Counted from the stretch's first letter, positions 1-7,619 are shown. The stretch is DNA of 12,280 bases from Verrucomicrobiota bacterium (GCA_038209745.1 JBBQXJ010000108.1:1-12280); one strand, 5' to 3'. Program-made: numbers and translations. Notes: a model not told the origin generated them from the letters alone.

Positions 1-84
1 GTCCTTCGGCGCATACTCGCAGCGCGTCACCCGCCACTGCCGGCCCAAACCGAGGAGTTCATGAAACAATTGCTCAGGTGTCAT
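1..84 (-). CDS. ISL3-family transposase, N-terminal 28 codons (partial; not in ORF track)
   Basis: Hand translation from ATG at 84 gives MTPEQLFHELLGLGRQWRVTRCEYAPKD, matching the typical ISL3 N-terminal pattern LFxxLLGLxxxWxV. The upstream sequence is purine-rich. Confidence 0.8.
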   Translation of the reverse strand, partial: MTPEQLFHELLGLGRQWRVTRCEYAPKD

Positions 85-137
85 CCCCCTTGCTGACCCA
101 TCTCCTACCCTCTACCCACTGAAAACAGCGAGGAACC
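1..137 (-). mobile_element. ISL3-family insertion sequence, left end (continues beyond window start)
   Basis: The minus strand from 137 reads GGTTCCTCGCTGTTTTCAGTGGGTAG, resembling ISL3 terminal inverted repeats. An ISL3-type transposase N-terminus begins 53 nt inside. The flank at 138-145 (ACAACTGT) is a candidate 8-bp AT-rich target duplication. Confidence 0.8.
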
Positions 138-289
138 ACAACTGTTTACTAGGGTCCCATCGGGCTTTCCCGTGTTGAGAACCGCTCGGCAGTGGTTACA
201 GGCCTTCGAGGCGAGATCGCGTTCGGGCGCGCCGCAGCTCGAGCAATACCGTCGCTCAAAATCCGACAGGTGATGCCGTGCAAATATGT

Positions 290-323
290 GGCAGCACCCG
301 ATCTCTCCAACTCAGGTGCTGTC
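290..323. terminator. Stem-loop downstream of xylB, possible terminator or RNA-stabilising hairpin
   Basis: CAGCACC (292-298) pairs with GGTGCTG (315-321) and can be extended with wobble pairs. There is no clear U-tract on either strand. Confidence 0.3.
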
Positions 324-457
324 ATCCACCCATCAAGCCATCGGCAGCCTTTCGTCGAACGGTCCCTATCAGGGCGTTTCCCGAAGGCGAATCCTCCTCC
401 ACCTTCGTCATGCGTGCCCTGCGTCGGCTCATCCACAGACCAGATGGCCTGTGGTTA

Positions 458-1984
458 TCAGGTCACCAATTTCCGATGTTTCCCGAACACCCCGCGCAGC
501 GCCTCGGAGGTATCGTCCTGAAGGGCTTGGAGTTCGGCGTAACGGGCGGAGGCTTTGGCGTTGGGCGTGGCGGTCTCGGTCTTGTTCAGGGTCACGAAGG
601 TGTCGGTCAGGTCTTCGATGGCGACCTTGTCGCCCTGTTGCAGGCGCCAGCTCCAGAGGGCCTGGAGGGCGGCGCCGTAGGCCGCACCTTCGCTGACCTT
701 CAGCGTGACGACTTCGGAGTTGAAGATATCGGCCATGATCTGGCGCCAGAGCTTGGACTTGGCCCCGCCACCAGTGGCACGGATCTGGGTGGCCTTGACC
801 CCGAGTTCGGTCAGGCGGCGCAGGCCGTAGTTCATGCCGAGGGTGACACCTTCCATGGTGGCGCGGGCGAAGTGGGAGGCGGTGAAGGTGCGGGTGTTTA
901 CGCCGAGGTAGACGCCGGTGCCGTCGGGGATATTGGGGGTGCGTTCACCTTCGAGATAGGGGAGGAGCATGAGGCCGTCACAACCGGCGGGGGCCTTGGC
1001 CGCCGTTTTCTCGAACGCTCCGTGGTCGAGGCCGAAATCCTTGCGGACCATCTCGGTGGCGACGGTCACGTTCATGGTGCAGAGGAGCGGCAGCCAGCGA
1101 TTGGTGGAATCGCAGAAGGCGGCGATCTCGCCCCGGGGGTCGACAACCGGCTTGTCGGCGCAGGCGTAGATGGTGCCGCTGGTGCCGAAACTGGCGGTGA
1201 CGATGCCAGGCCGGGTATTCCCGGTACCGATAGCTCCCATCATGTTGTCGCCACCGCCGGCGCTGACGAGCGTGCCCACGTTCAGACCAAGAGCCTTCGC
1301 GGTGGCCGCCTGCAAGGCCCCGGCGGGCTGGTCGCTCGAAGAGAGCACGGGGAGCTTGCCCATGAGGTCGCTGTCAATGGCATTTACGGCGGCTTCGCAC
1401 CAGCGGCGTTTGCGGACGTCCATGAGTGCAGTGCCGGAGGCGTCGCCATATTCCATAAAAGCGTGGCCGGTGAGCCACCAGTTCAAGTAGTCGTGCGGAA
1501 GAAGGACGGTGGCGAGCTTGGCGAAATTCTTTGGCTCATGCTTTTTCAGCCAAAGTATCTTGCTGGCGGTGAAGCCGGGGAGGACGGAGTTGCCAATGGC
1601 CTTGATAGTGGCTTTGGGGCCCCCGAGGGCGGCGGTGATATCGGCACATTCCTCGGCGGTGGCGGTGTCGCACCAGAGCTTCGCGGGCCGGATAACCTGA
1701 CCGGACTTGTCGAGCGGGACGAAGCCATGCTGCTGGCCGCTGACCCCGATGGCGACGACGTCGGAGCCGCTGGCCTTGGCGGCCTTGAGCGCCGCTTTGA
1801 TGGCCTCGCCGGTGGCGTCGATCCAGTCCTGAGGACGCTGTTCCTTGACGCCCGCCGGGAGGTTCGGAATCAGGTCGTAAGAGGCGGAAGCGGCACTGAG
1901 GACCTTGCCATTGCGGGCGTCCACAACAAGCGCCTTGGTGGACTGGGTTCCGGAATCAATGCCAATAAGGAGCGTCTTTTTCAT
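458..1984 (-). CDS. xylB: Xylulokinase (FGGY carbohydrate kinase), 508 aa
   Basis: Motifs IGIDSGTQSTK, GVSGQQHG, AKLWCD, GFTASKILWL, LLPHDYL, GGGDN, GTSG, LPYLEGERTP, RATMEGV and GGGAKSKLWRQI. Start reassigned to ATG at 1984 (MKKTLLIG) because homology begins there. Confidence 0.93.
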   Translation of the reverse strand: MKKTLLIGIDSGTQSTKALVVDARNGKVLSAASASYDLIPNLPAGVKEQRPQDWIDATGEAIKAALKAAKASGSDVVAIGVSGQQHGFVPLDKSGQVIRPAKLWCDTATAEECADITAALGGPKATIKAIGNSVLPGFTASKILWLKKHEPKNFAKLATVLLPHDYLNWWLTGHAFMEYGDASGTALMDVRKRRWCEAAVNAIDSDLMGKLPVLSSSDQPAGALQAATAKALGLNVGTLVSAGGGDNMMGAIGTGNTRPGIVTASFGTSGTIYACADKPVVDPRGEIAAFCDSTNRWLPLLCTMNVTVATEMVRKDFGLDHGAFEKTAAKAPAGCDGLMLLPYLEGERTPNIPDGTGVYLGVNTRTFTASHFARATMEGVTLGMNYGLRRLTELGVKATQIRATGGGAKSKLWRQIMADIFNSEVVTLKVSEGAAYGAALQALWSWRLQQGDKVAIEDLTDTFVTLNKTETATPNAKASARYAELQALQDDTSEALRGVFGKHRKLVT

Positions 1985-2163
1985 GTTTGTGCCACGCGGA
2001 CAATCTGACAATTTCGACACTGAATCTGCTGACTGTCCATCCAAACGTCTCCGACATTTCATTCACCTCGATCCAATTTGGCTCACACATCCCGTCGGTA
2101 GAAATGGCCAACCGCTCGACCGTCGCCCACCGGCGACGAATGAAAGTCTCAGTCAAATTAGGC

Positions 2164-2191
2164 TTGCCAGCCAACTCATCAATGGTATCTC
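2164..2191 (+). promoter_or_regulatory. Possible sigma70-type promoter for the RRM gene
   Basis: TTGCCA (2164-2169), a 16-nt spacer ending in TGG, then TATCTC (2186-2191, an imperfect -10 with an extended TG). This would start transcription just before the structured leader. Confidence 0.35.
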
Positions 2192-2203
2192 AAGACCCGC
2201 GTG

Positions 2204-2297
2204 TTAGACAGCTCGTCCCTCAAGGACCTGGTAAATCCTCAGTTGAACGTTAGTAATTCAGTGGCGATTTGAAACCCGACAGTCGGGAACAGTCTGA
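2204..2297 (+). ncRNA. Putative structured 5' leader RNA (four-helix junction) of the RRM gene
   Basis: P1 UUAGAC 2204-2209 / GUCUGA 2292-2297 encloses three hairpins. P2 is GUCC 2215-2218 / GGAC 2224-2227. P3 is AAAUC 2233-2237 / GAUUU 2266-2270 with inner UUGAA 2243-2247 / UUCAG 2257-2261. P4 is CCCGA 2275-2279 / UCGGG 2283-2287. Confidence 0.55.
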
Positions 2298-2329
2298 GAT
2301 TAGGAAGTTAGCCTGGCAGCAATCATTGA

Positions 2330-2716
2330 ATGAGCACGAAATTGTTTGTTGGAAACCTTTCCTTCAACACCACTGAAAACGACATCGAAGACGCATTCGC
2401 CGCCCACGGCACTGTTTCCCGGGTCGACCTGATGATGGATCGCATGAGCGGGAAGTCCCGTGGCTTCGCCTTCGTCACCATGGAATCGCCCGAAGCGGCC
2501 CAAGTCGCAGTCAGCGCCATGAACGGAGCCCAGCTGGACGGACGGGCCTTGACCGTCAACGAAGCTCGCCCCCGTGAAGAACGTCCCCCCGGAGGCGGTG
2601 GTGGAAGCGGTGGTGGAAGCGGTGGTGGAAGCGGCGGCGGCGGATACGGCGGTGGCGGTGGCGGTGGCGGCCGCAGCAGCGGCGGCGATCGCGGGCCTCG
2701 TCGCGAGCGCTATTAA
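2330..2716 (+). CDS. RNA recognition motif (RRM) RNA-binding protein with glycine-rich C-terminal tail, 128 aa
   Basis: RNP2 motif LFVGNL, RNP1 motif RGFAFVTM and a GRALTVNEARPREER segment, followed by a Gly/Ser/Arg-rich tail. Confidence 0.96.
   Translation: MSTKLFVGNLSFNTTENDIEDAFAAHGTVSRVDLMMDRMSGKSRGFAFVTMESPEAAQVAVSAMNGAQLDGRALTVNEARPREERPPGGGGGSGGGSGGGSGGGGYGGGGGGGGRSSGGDRGPRRERY
2595..2630 (+). repeat. Perfect 12-bp tandem repeat (GCGGTGGTGGAA)x3 encoding GGGS units
   Basis: Three exact copies at 2595, 2607 and 2619, followed by degenerate GGC/GGT runs. Confidence 0.9.
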
Positions 2717-2734
2717 CACCTATCGACTTTCGAC

Positions 2735-2776
2735 GGCGCGGAGATCCGGAAGCCTGGACTCCGCGCCTTTCGTCTT
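2735..2776 (+). terminator. Rho-independent terminator after the RRM gene
   Basis: GGCGCGGAG-A-TCCGG-aagc-CTGGA-CTCCGCGCC hairpin followed by TTTCGTCTTT. Confidence 0.8.
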
Positions 2777-2848
2777 TGCCGGAACGAATTGCCGCCCGCC
2801 CAGCAAAGACCGTTTTCATCCTCTTCGGTGGCTTTGGAAAGAATTACT

Positions 2849-3064
2849 TTGGACGACTGCATAGTATTGGAAGGACGGATCAAGAACGTGCTCGCCGGAA
2901 CCATGTTCCGGGTCGAGCTGGAGAATAAACACGAAGTTTTGGCACACATCTCCGGCAAGATGCGAAAGCGTTTCATTCGGCTCAATCTGGGCGACCGGGT
3001 CCGCTTGGAGATGTCCCCCTACGATTTGAACAAGGCCCGCATCACCTACCGGCTCGCCGGATAG
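2849..3064 (+). CDS. infA: Translation initiation factor IF-1, ~71 aa (start codon uncertain: TTG 2849 preferred)
   Basis: [51 protein letters not shown] is the IF-1 S1-fold signature. Canonical length points to a start near 2843-2849, with GGAAAG just upstream. Confidence 0.95.
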   Translation: MDDCIVLEGRIKNVLAGTMFRVELENKHEVLAHISGKMRKRFIRLNLGDRVRLEMSPYDLNKARITYRLAG

Positions 3065-3100
3065 GATCCCGTCTTAAATTGCTGATGCCATCGACCCATT

Positions 3101-3130
3101 GGCAGGCTTTACCGCCTGCCTTTTGCGTTT
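3101..3130 (+). terminator. Rho-independent terminator after infA, overlapping the 3' end of the convergent methyltransferase
   Basis: GGCAGGC (3101-3107), loop TTTACC, GCCTGCC (3114-3120), followed by TTTTGCGTTT. Confidence 0.75.
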
Positions 3131-3879
3131 TCTGGCAGGTCGCCGGGCTTTCTGGCTTCGACGAGGAGAAAATGGCCGCGCCGAATGCAAAGCGGCTCCA
3201 GAATCCGACTCAACCAATCTGGCAGGGGAGTCATACCCAACGACGTAACCGATGCGTCGAATCCTATCTTCCTAAACATCTCCTGCGCCTGCAGCACGCC
3301 GAGGGCTCGAACATGCCCCGTCACGCCGGCGAATGCGGGATCGGTAATCGGCACGTCTTCTGGTATCTGCTCCTGATAGTGCAGACCCAGCGGATTACCA
3401 AGATACCAACCGCAACAGCGCATCAGGGTAAACGGTGTGTATCCCAAAACCATAGCCCCGAGGTTGAGCAGGCTCGTCAGGTTTTCAGACGTGATCAGGG
3501 CCGTCCCTCCCGGTTTTAAAACACGGAACGCTTCGGAAGCAAAGAGCCGCGAATTGTGAAGATGTTCGATGACCTGCGACGAATGCACGACATCGAACGA
3601 GTTGTCCGCATAGGGCCAGATTCCATTGAGATCAACTGACTGGACCTCGATTCCACGCGTGAGAGCCCGCTCCATCAGTGAAGGCGCTGCTTCGATGCCA
3701 CAGAACCGGATCGGTTTATGTTTGAGATATTTGAAGAGAAAGCTTCCGTCCCCGCAACCCACATCCAACAAAGCCTTTGGCTGGAGGCGGGCAACACGCT
3801 CGCCGCTCCAGTCGGTGCACCGAACCGCTCCGGTCACGTAGCCTGACACAGTGAGACGTTGCAGCAGTTTTACGATCAT
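3109..3879 (-). CDS. Class I SAM-dependent methyltransferase (Methyltransf_11-like), 256 aa
   Basis: Motif I LLDVGCGDG, then DNSFDVVHSSQVIEHL and FRVLKPGG. Start reassigned to ATG 3879 (MIVKLLQ) because the longer ORF overlaps the GT2 gene out of frame. Confidence 0.88.
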   Translation of the reverse strand: MIVKLLQRLTVSGYVTGAVRCTDWSGERVARLQPKALLDVGCGDGSFLFKYLKHKPIRFCGIEAAPSLMERALTRGIEVQSVDLNGIWPYADNSFDVVHSSQVIEHLHNSRLFASEAFRVLKPGGTALITSENLTSLLNLGAMVLGYTPFTLMRCCGWYLGNPLGLHYQEQIPEDVPITDPAFAGVTGHVRALGVLQAQEMFRKIGFDASVTSLGMTPLPDWLSRILEPLCIRRGHFLLVEARKPGDLPENAKGRR

Positions 3880-3947
3880 AGGTATCCGTCCGGTTATAGA
3901 TTGGACGTTCGGATGTTCTGAAGGCGTCCGGCAATAGTCGAGCCCCC

Positions 3948-4958
3948 TCAAGGTTTTAGCTTCTGTTGCGGTTGAAGCTTTGCCACCAGCTTTTGGTCGC
4001 GTGAATGCATCTTGTGGGTCATCACCCCCCATACCGTTCCGACCACGGAGGCCAAACATGCCGGAAAATGCCACAGCCAGCGCGGATCCTTCGAGCGAAA
4101 AAAGCCTCTGGCGACATGCCAAGCAGGCCCGAAAAAACTGACGCAATAGGCACACGCAAGCCATCCCGGCACGGGCGGTTTCTGCTCCAACCACATGTTG
4201 CCAAACTCTCGGCGGACATTCAGGAAGTGGACGGTGGCGCGACGGCGCTTCCGGAGAAAATTGATCAGTGTGTCCACGTAATAGTGGTGAACGCCGCGGC
4301 CGGAGATTCTGAGCCACTCCCGCTTACCAGAACGCATGAGGAAGAGCGCGACGTGGGTGTCCTGAAACTTTTGGCCGGCTTTCACTAAGTCAAGGTCCGC
4401 CCTCCGATAGACGAACCCATTGGCTCCGAGAGGATACGATTCCGTCCCCGCGCGCAGCTTCCAAGTCTCGAACTCCCCCGCAGTGGAAACCTGCTCCGGA
4501 TTTGCGCTCATCAGCCAGCAAAGCGGGTCGCTGATATGGAGCAACTGGGTGAGATAGACACAGAGCGAGGTCATCTTGGCCGAAGGCAGATAATAGGCCT
4601 CGACACCAAGAGCCTGAGGCCGGTCGCGAAGCGCCGTGACGGCCAACTCCACATAGTCTGGATGAGTGATCTCGTTGTCGGCGTCGATGAAGACAACGAA
4701 TTCACCCGCGGCCCGGCCAAGTGCCACTCCCTTGCTTTCCTCCATGTTGCGACTGGCCCGGTCATCGATCACGACGGCGCCGTGCGCCCGACCGATCTCC
4801 TGGGTCCCGTCAGTGGAACCGCCATCCGCGAGAATCACTTCGTAGCGATCATGCGGATAGGTCTGGCGCGCGATCGACTCCAGACAATTGCCGAGCATGC
4901 CCGCGGCATTGAGCACGGGAATCACGAAGCTCACTTTTGGCAGCGGCGAATCAGCCAT
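3948..4958 (-). CDS. Glycosyltransferase family 2 protein, 336 aa
   Basis: Motifs VSFVIPVLN, EVILADGGSTDGT and DxD motif FIDAD, with hydrophobic C-terminal segments. Confidence 0.92.
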   Translation of the reverse strand: MADSPLPKVSFVIPVLNAAGMLGNCLESIARQTYPHDRYEVILADGGSTDGTQEIGRAHGAVVIDDRASRNMEESKGVALGRAAGEFVVFIDADNEITHPDYVELAVTALRDRPQALGVEAYYLPSAKMTSLCVYLTQLLHISDPLCWLMSANPEQVSTAGEFETWKLRAGTESYPLGANGFVYRRADLDLVKAGQKFQDTHVALFLMRSGKREWLRISGRGVHHYYVDTLINFLRKRRRATVHFLNVRREFGNMWLEQKPPVPGWLACAYCVSFFGPAWHVARGFFRSKDPRWLWHFPACLASVVGTVWGVMTHKMHSRDQKLVAKLQPQQKLKP

Positions 4959-5109
4959 GAGCGAGGGAGCCTAGGGCGGCCCGGTTTCAAGACAAGCGAT
5001 TCGTGGAACTCCCGATCACCGCAGGGCAAACTCCTGTTGTGCCGCTGTCGGCGCATCCAATAGTTTCGCTCCGACCCGAGACGACCCGCCGATCGGCTCC
5101 CCGAAGAAA

Positions 5110-6027
5110 ATGTTCGAAGACATGAATCAATTCCTGCTCTACGCGAAAAAACTCTTCGAGTATCCATTGGTCCGTCTGGGCAGCACCGACCTGACACTCA
5201 AGGGACTCGTCCTCGTGGCCGTGTGGATGACCCTGATCGTGGTGATCGACCGGACGATGCGCAGGATCGTGGTAGAACGAATCCTGCGCCGAACCCATCT
5301 CGAGCCGTCGCTCCAGTTCGCCATCAGCCGCATCATCGGCTATTGCCTCGTGGTATTGGGAGGCTACATCGCCCTGCAGGCGGCCGGCATCGACCTCAGT
5401 TCTCTCGCCATCGTGGCCGGTGCCGTCGGGGTCGGCATCGGGTTCGGTCTCCAGAACATCATCAACAACTTCGTCAGCGGACTTATTATCTTGGCGGAAC
5501 GGCCCGTGGCCTTGGGTCACCGGGTCGAGGTCGCTGGCGTCGCCGGCATCGTCACCCAGATCAAGCTTCGCAGCACCGTCGTCGTAACCAACGACAACAT
5601 CTCGATCATCGTCCCGAATTCCGAGTTTATCGCCCGCCCGGTGACCAACTGGAGCCACGGCGACCCCAAGGTCCGGCTCCGGCTGGCCATCGGCGTGGCC
5701 TACGGGTCCGACGTCGAAAAGCTCGCACGCCTCATGGTCGAAGTGGCAGCGGCCCACCCCGCAACCCTGAAGGACCCGCCTCCGAAGCTCTTTTTTGTCG
5801 GCTTTGGCCAAAGTTCCCTGGACTTCGAACTGGGGGTCTGGACCGCCACCATGTCCGCCCGTCCGATTCAATATCGGAGCGACCTGTTCTACGCCATTGA
5901 ACGGTCCCTCCGGCAAAACCACATCGAAATCCCCTTCCCGCAGCGAGACCTCCACATCCGCAGCGGCACCCTCAAAATCGACCAGGACCCGCAAGGCCCC
6001 CCGTCGGGACCGTCGGCACGTATGTAA
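5110..6027 (+). CDS. Small-conductance mechanosensitive channel (MscS family), 305 aa
   Basis: TM3 signature GAVGVGIGFGLQNIINNFVSGLIIL, plus IIVPNS, VTNWS, GVAYGSD and IEIPFPQRDLH. Confidence 0.94.
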   Translation: MFEDMNQFLLYAKKLFEYPLVRLGSTDLTLKGLVLVAVWMTLIVVIDRTMRRIVVERILRRTHLEPSLQFAISRIIGYCLVVLGGYIALQAAGIDLSSLAIVAGAVGVGIGFGLQNIINNFVSGLIILAERPVALGHRVEVAGVAGIVTQIKLRSTVVVTNDNISIIVPNSEFIARPVTNWSHGDPKVRLRLAIGVAYGSDVEKLARLMVEVAAAHPATLKDPPPKLFFVGFGQSSLDFELGVWTATMSARPIQYRSDLFYAIERSLRQNHIEIPFPQRDLHIRSGTLKIDQDPQGPPSGPSARM

Positions 6028-6158
6028 CCGACCCGTCACTTCGGGGTCTTGATTGCCGACCGGACAAAGCGCCGGACTCCCGAATGAACGCGACCTGTTT
6101 GCCAAAGCCCAAATCATTGGTGGACATTCGTCGGCGATAATTCCAGCACCCCAATCCC

Positions 6159-7619
6159 ATGGCCCGAAAATCAGGCGGCGGTTTCTTCAAATGGCTCGTT
6201 CTCCTCGCCCTCCTCGGCACCGCCGGGTATGGCGGCTGGTGGTGGTTCAACAAGAAGCCCGAAGTGGCGACGATCGAGTTCCGTTCGGCCAAACCGACCC
6301 GCGGCGATGTGATCCAGTCGGTCAGTGCCAACGGCCCGCTTTCTCCCCTTAAGAGCGTCACAGTGGGCAGCCAGATCTCAGGACAGATCACGAACATCAC
6401 GGTCGATTTCAACTCGCGCGTGACCGCCGGCCAGCTCCTGGCCGAGATCGATCCCGCCACCTACCTCACCAAGCTGACCGAGGGCAAGGCCAACCTGGTG
6501 AACGCCAAAGCCTCCCTCAAGCTCGCGGCCGTCAACTATCGCCGCTCAAAGGAGCTCTACGAGGCTAAGCTCATCTCTCAATCGGACTACGACACGGCCG
6601 ATGCGAATCTCCAACAGGCCCAGGCCACCGTGGAAATCCGCGACTCGGCCGTGGCGACCGCCGAGGTCGACCTGTCCCGCAGCAAGATCTACGCACCCAT
6701 TGACGGCATCATCATCGGCCGCGCCGTCGATGTAGGCCAAACCGTCGCCGCCAGCCTCAATTCGCCGACTCTGTTCATCATCGTGAACGACCTTTCCAAG
6801 ATGCAGATCGACGCGCTCGTATCCGAAGCCGACGTGGGCAATGTGACCGAAGGCCAAAAGGTAAACTTTACGGTCGACGCGTTCCCCTCGCGGACCTTTC
6901 TCGGCCAAATACGCCAAGTCCGCTTCGCCGCCGTCACCAACCAGAACGTGGTCAACTACACTTCCATCGTCGACGTGGACAACAGCGACCTGAAACTTCG
7001 TCCCGGGATGACAGCCACTGTCAACATCATCACCGACCAAAAAAACGGCGTCCTCCGTCTCCCCAAATCCGCCCTCCGCGTCAAACCGCCTGAAGCGCTC
7101 CTCGTAAAGTCCACCAGTCCCAAGGACGGCCAGTCCGGCACCAATTCGCTGACAACCGCCAATAACGACGAGCTGCCCACACCTCCCTGGCGTGCCGCGG
7201 GTCGCCGCCCCGAGCAGGGCGAGATGCAAAAATGGATGGCTTCGCTGACTCCCGAGCAGCAGGAAAAGATGAAGCAATCGATGCAGCGCCGAGGTGGTGG
7301 CGGAGGTGGTGGTGGCGATGGCGGAGGTTTTGGCGGAGGTGGATCCCAAGCCCCCCGTCCCAAACCCGAGGGTCCCCAGATCCAAACGGCCTACCTTCTG
7401 GTGAAGACCAACTCGCCCAGTGGTCCACCCGTCGAAATGGCGAAGGCCGTCACGATCAAGACCGGTGCCGAGGATGCCACCTATGTGGAGGTAATCAGCG
7501 GTCTGACCGAAAGCGACGATGTCATCATCGGCATCACCACCAAGAGCGCCGCAACTCCCGGAGCCGGGTCCGTCAGCAGCGCCATGAGCCCGTTCGGAGG
7601 CCGCCGGCCCGGCCGTTGA
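6159..7619 (+). CDS. Efflux periplasmic adaptor (MacA/HlyD-family membrane fusion protein), 486 aa
   Basis: N-terminal membrane anchor, VTVGSQISGQI, coiled hairpin, IYAPIDGIII, VGQTVAASL and LRPGMTATV. It lies directly upstream of the ABC ATPase and permease. Confidence 0.93.
   Translation: MARKSGGGFFKWLVLLALLGTAGYGGWWWFNKKPEVATIEFRSAKPTRGDVIQSVSANGPLSPLKSVTVGSQISGQITNITVDFNSRVTAGQLLAEIDPATYLTKLTEGKANLVNAKASLKLAAVNYRRSKELYEAKLISQSDYDTADANLQQAQATVEIRDSAVATAEVDLSRSKIYAPIDGIIIGRAVDVGQTVAASLNSPTLFIIVNDLSKMQIDALVSEADVGNVTEGQKVNFTVDAFPSRTFLGQIRQVRFAAVTNQNVVNYTSIVDVDNSDLKLRPGMTATVNIITDQKNGVLRLPKSALRVKPPEALLVKSTSPKDGQSGTNSLTTANNDELPTPPWRAAGRRPEQGEMQKWMASLTPEQQEKMKQSMQRRGGGGGGGGDGGGFGGGGSQAPRPKPEGPQIQTAYLLVKTNSPSGPPVEMAKAVTIKTGAEDATYVEVISGLTESDDVIIGITTKSAATPGAGSVSSAMSPFGGRRPGR

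Noticed and set aside
278..2008. 576-aa plus-strand ORF
   Set aside because: Antisense shadow of xylB caused by GC-rich codon bias; no recognisable motifs.
2204..2297. Leader structure read as a tRNA or hammerhead ribozyme
   Set aside because: Cloverleaf-like topology but no T-loop GTTCRA, D-loop GG or CCA end. GAAAC is present but there is no CUGANGA core.
2300..2719. 139-aa minus-strand Ala/Thr-rich ORF
   Set aside because: Antisense shadow of the RRM gene; the Ala/Thr runs mirror the glycine codons.
3880..4317. N-terminal extension of the methyltransferase ORF (402 aa)
   Set aside because: Overlaps the GT2 gene out of frame and has no domain character; ATG 3879 gives a normal-length protein.
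4987..6117. 376-aa minus-strand ORF
   Set aside because: Antisense shadow of the MscS gene.
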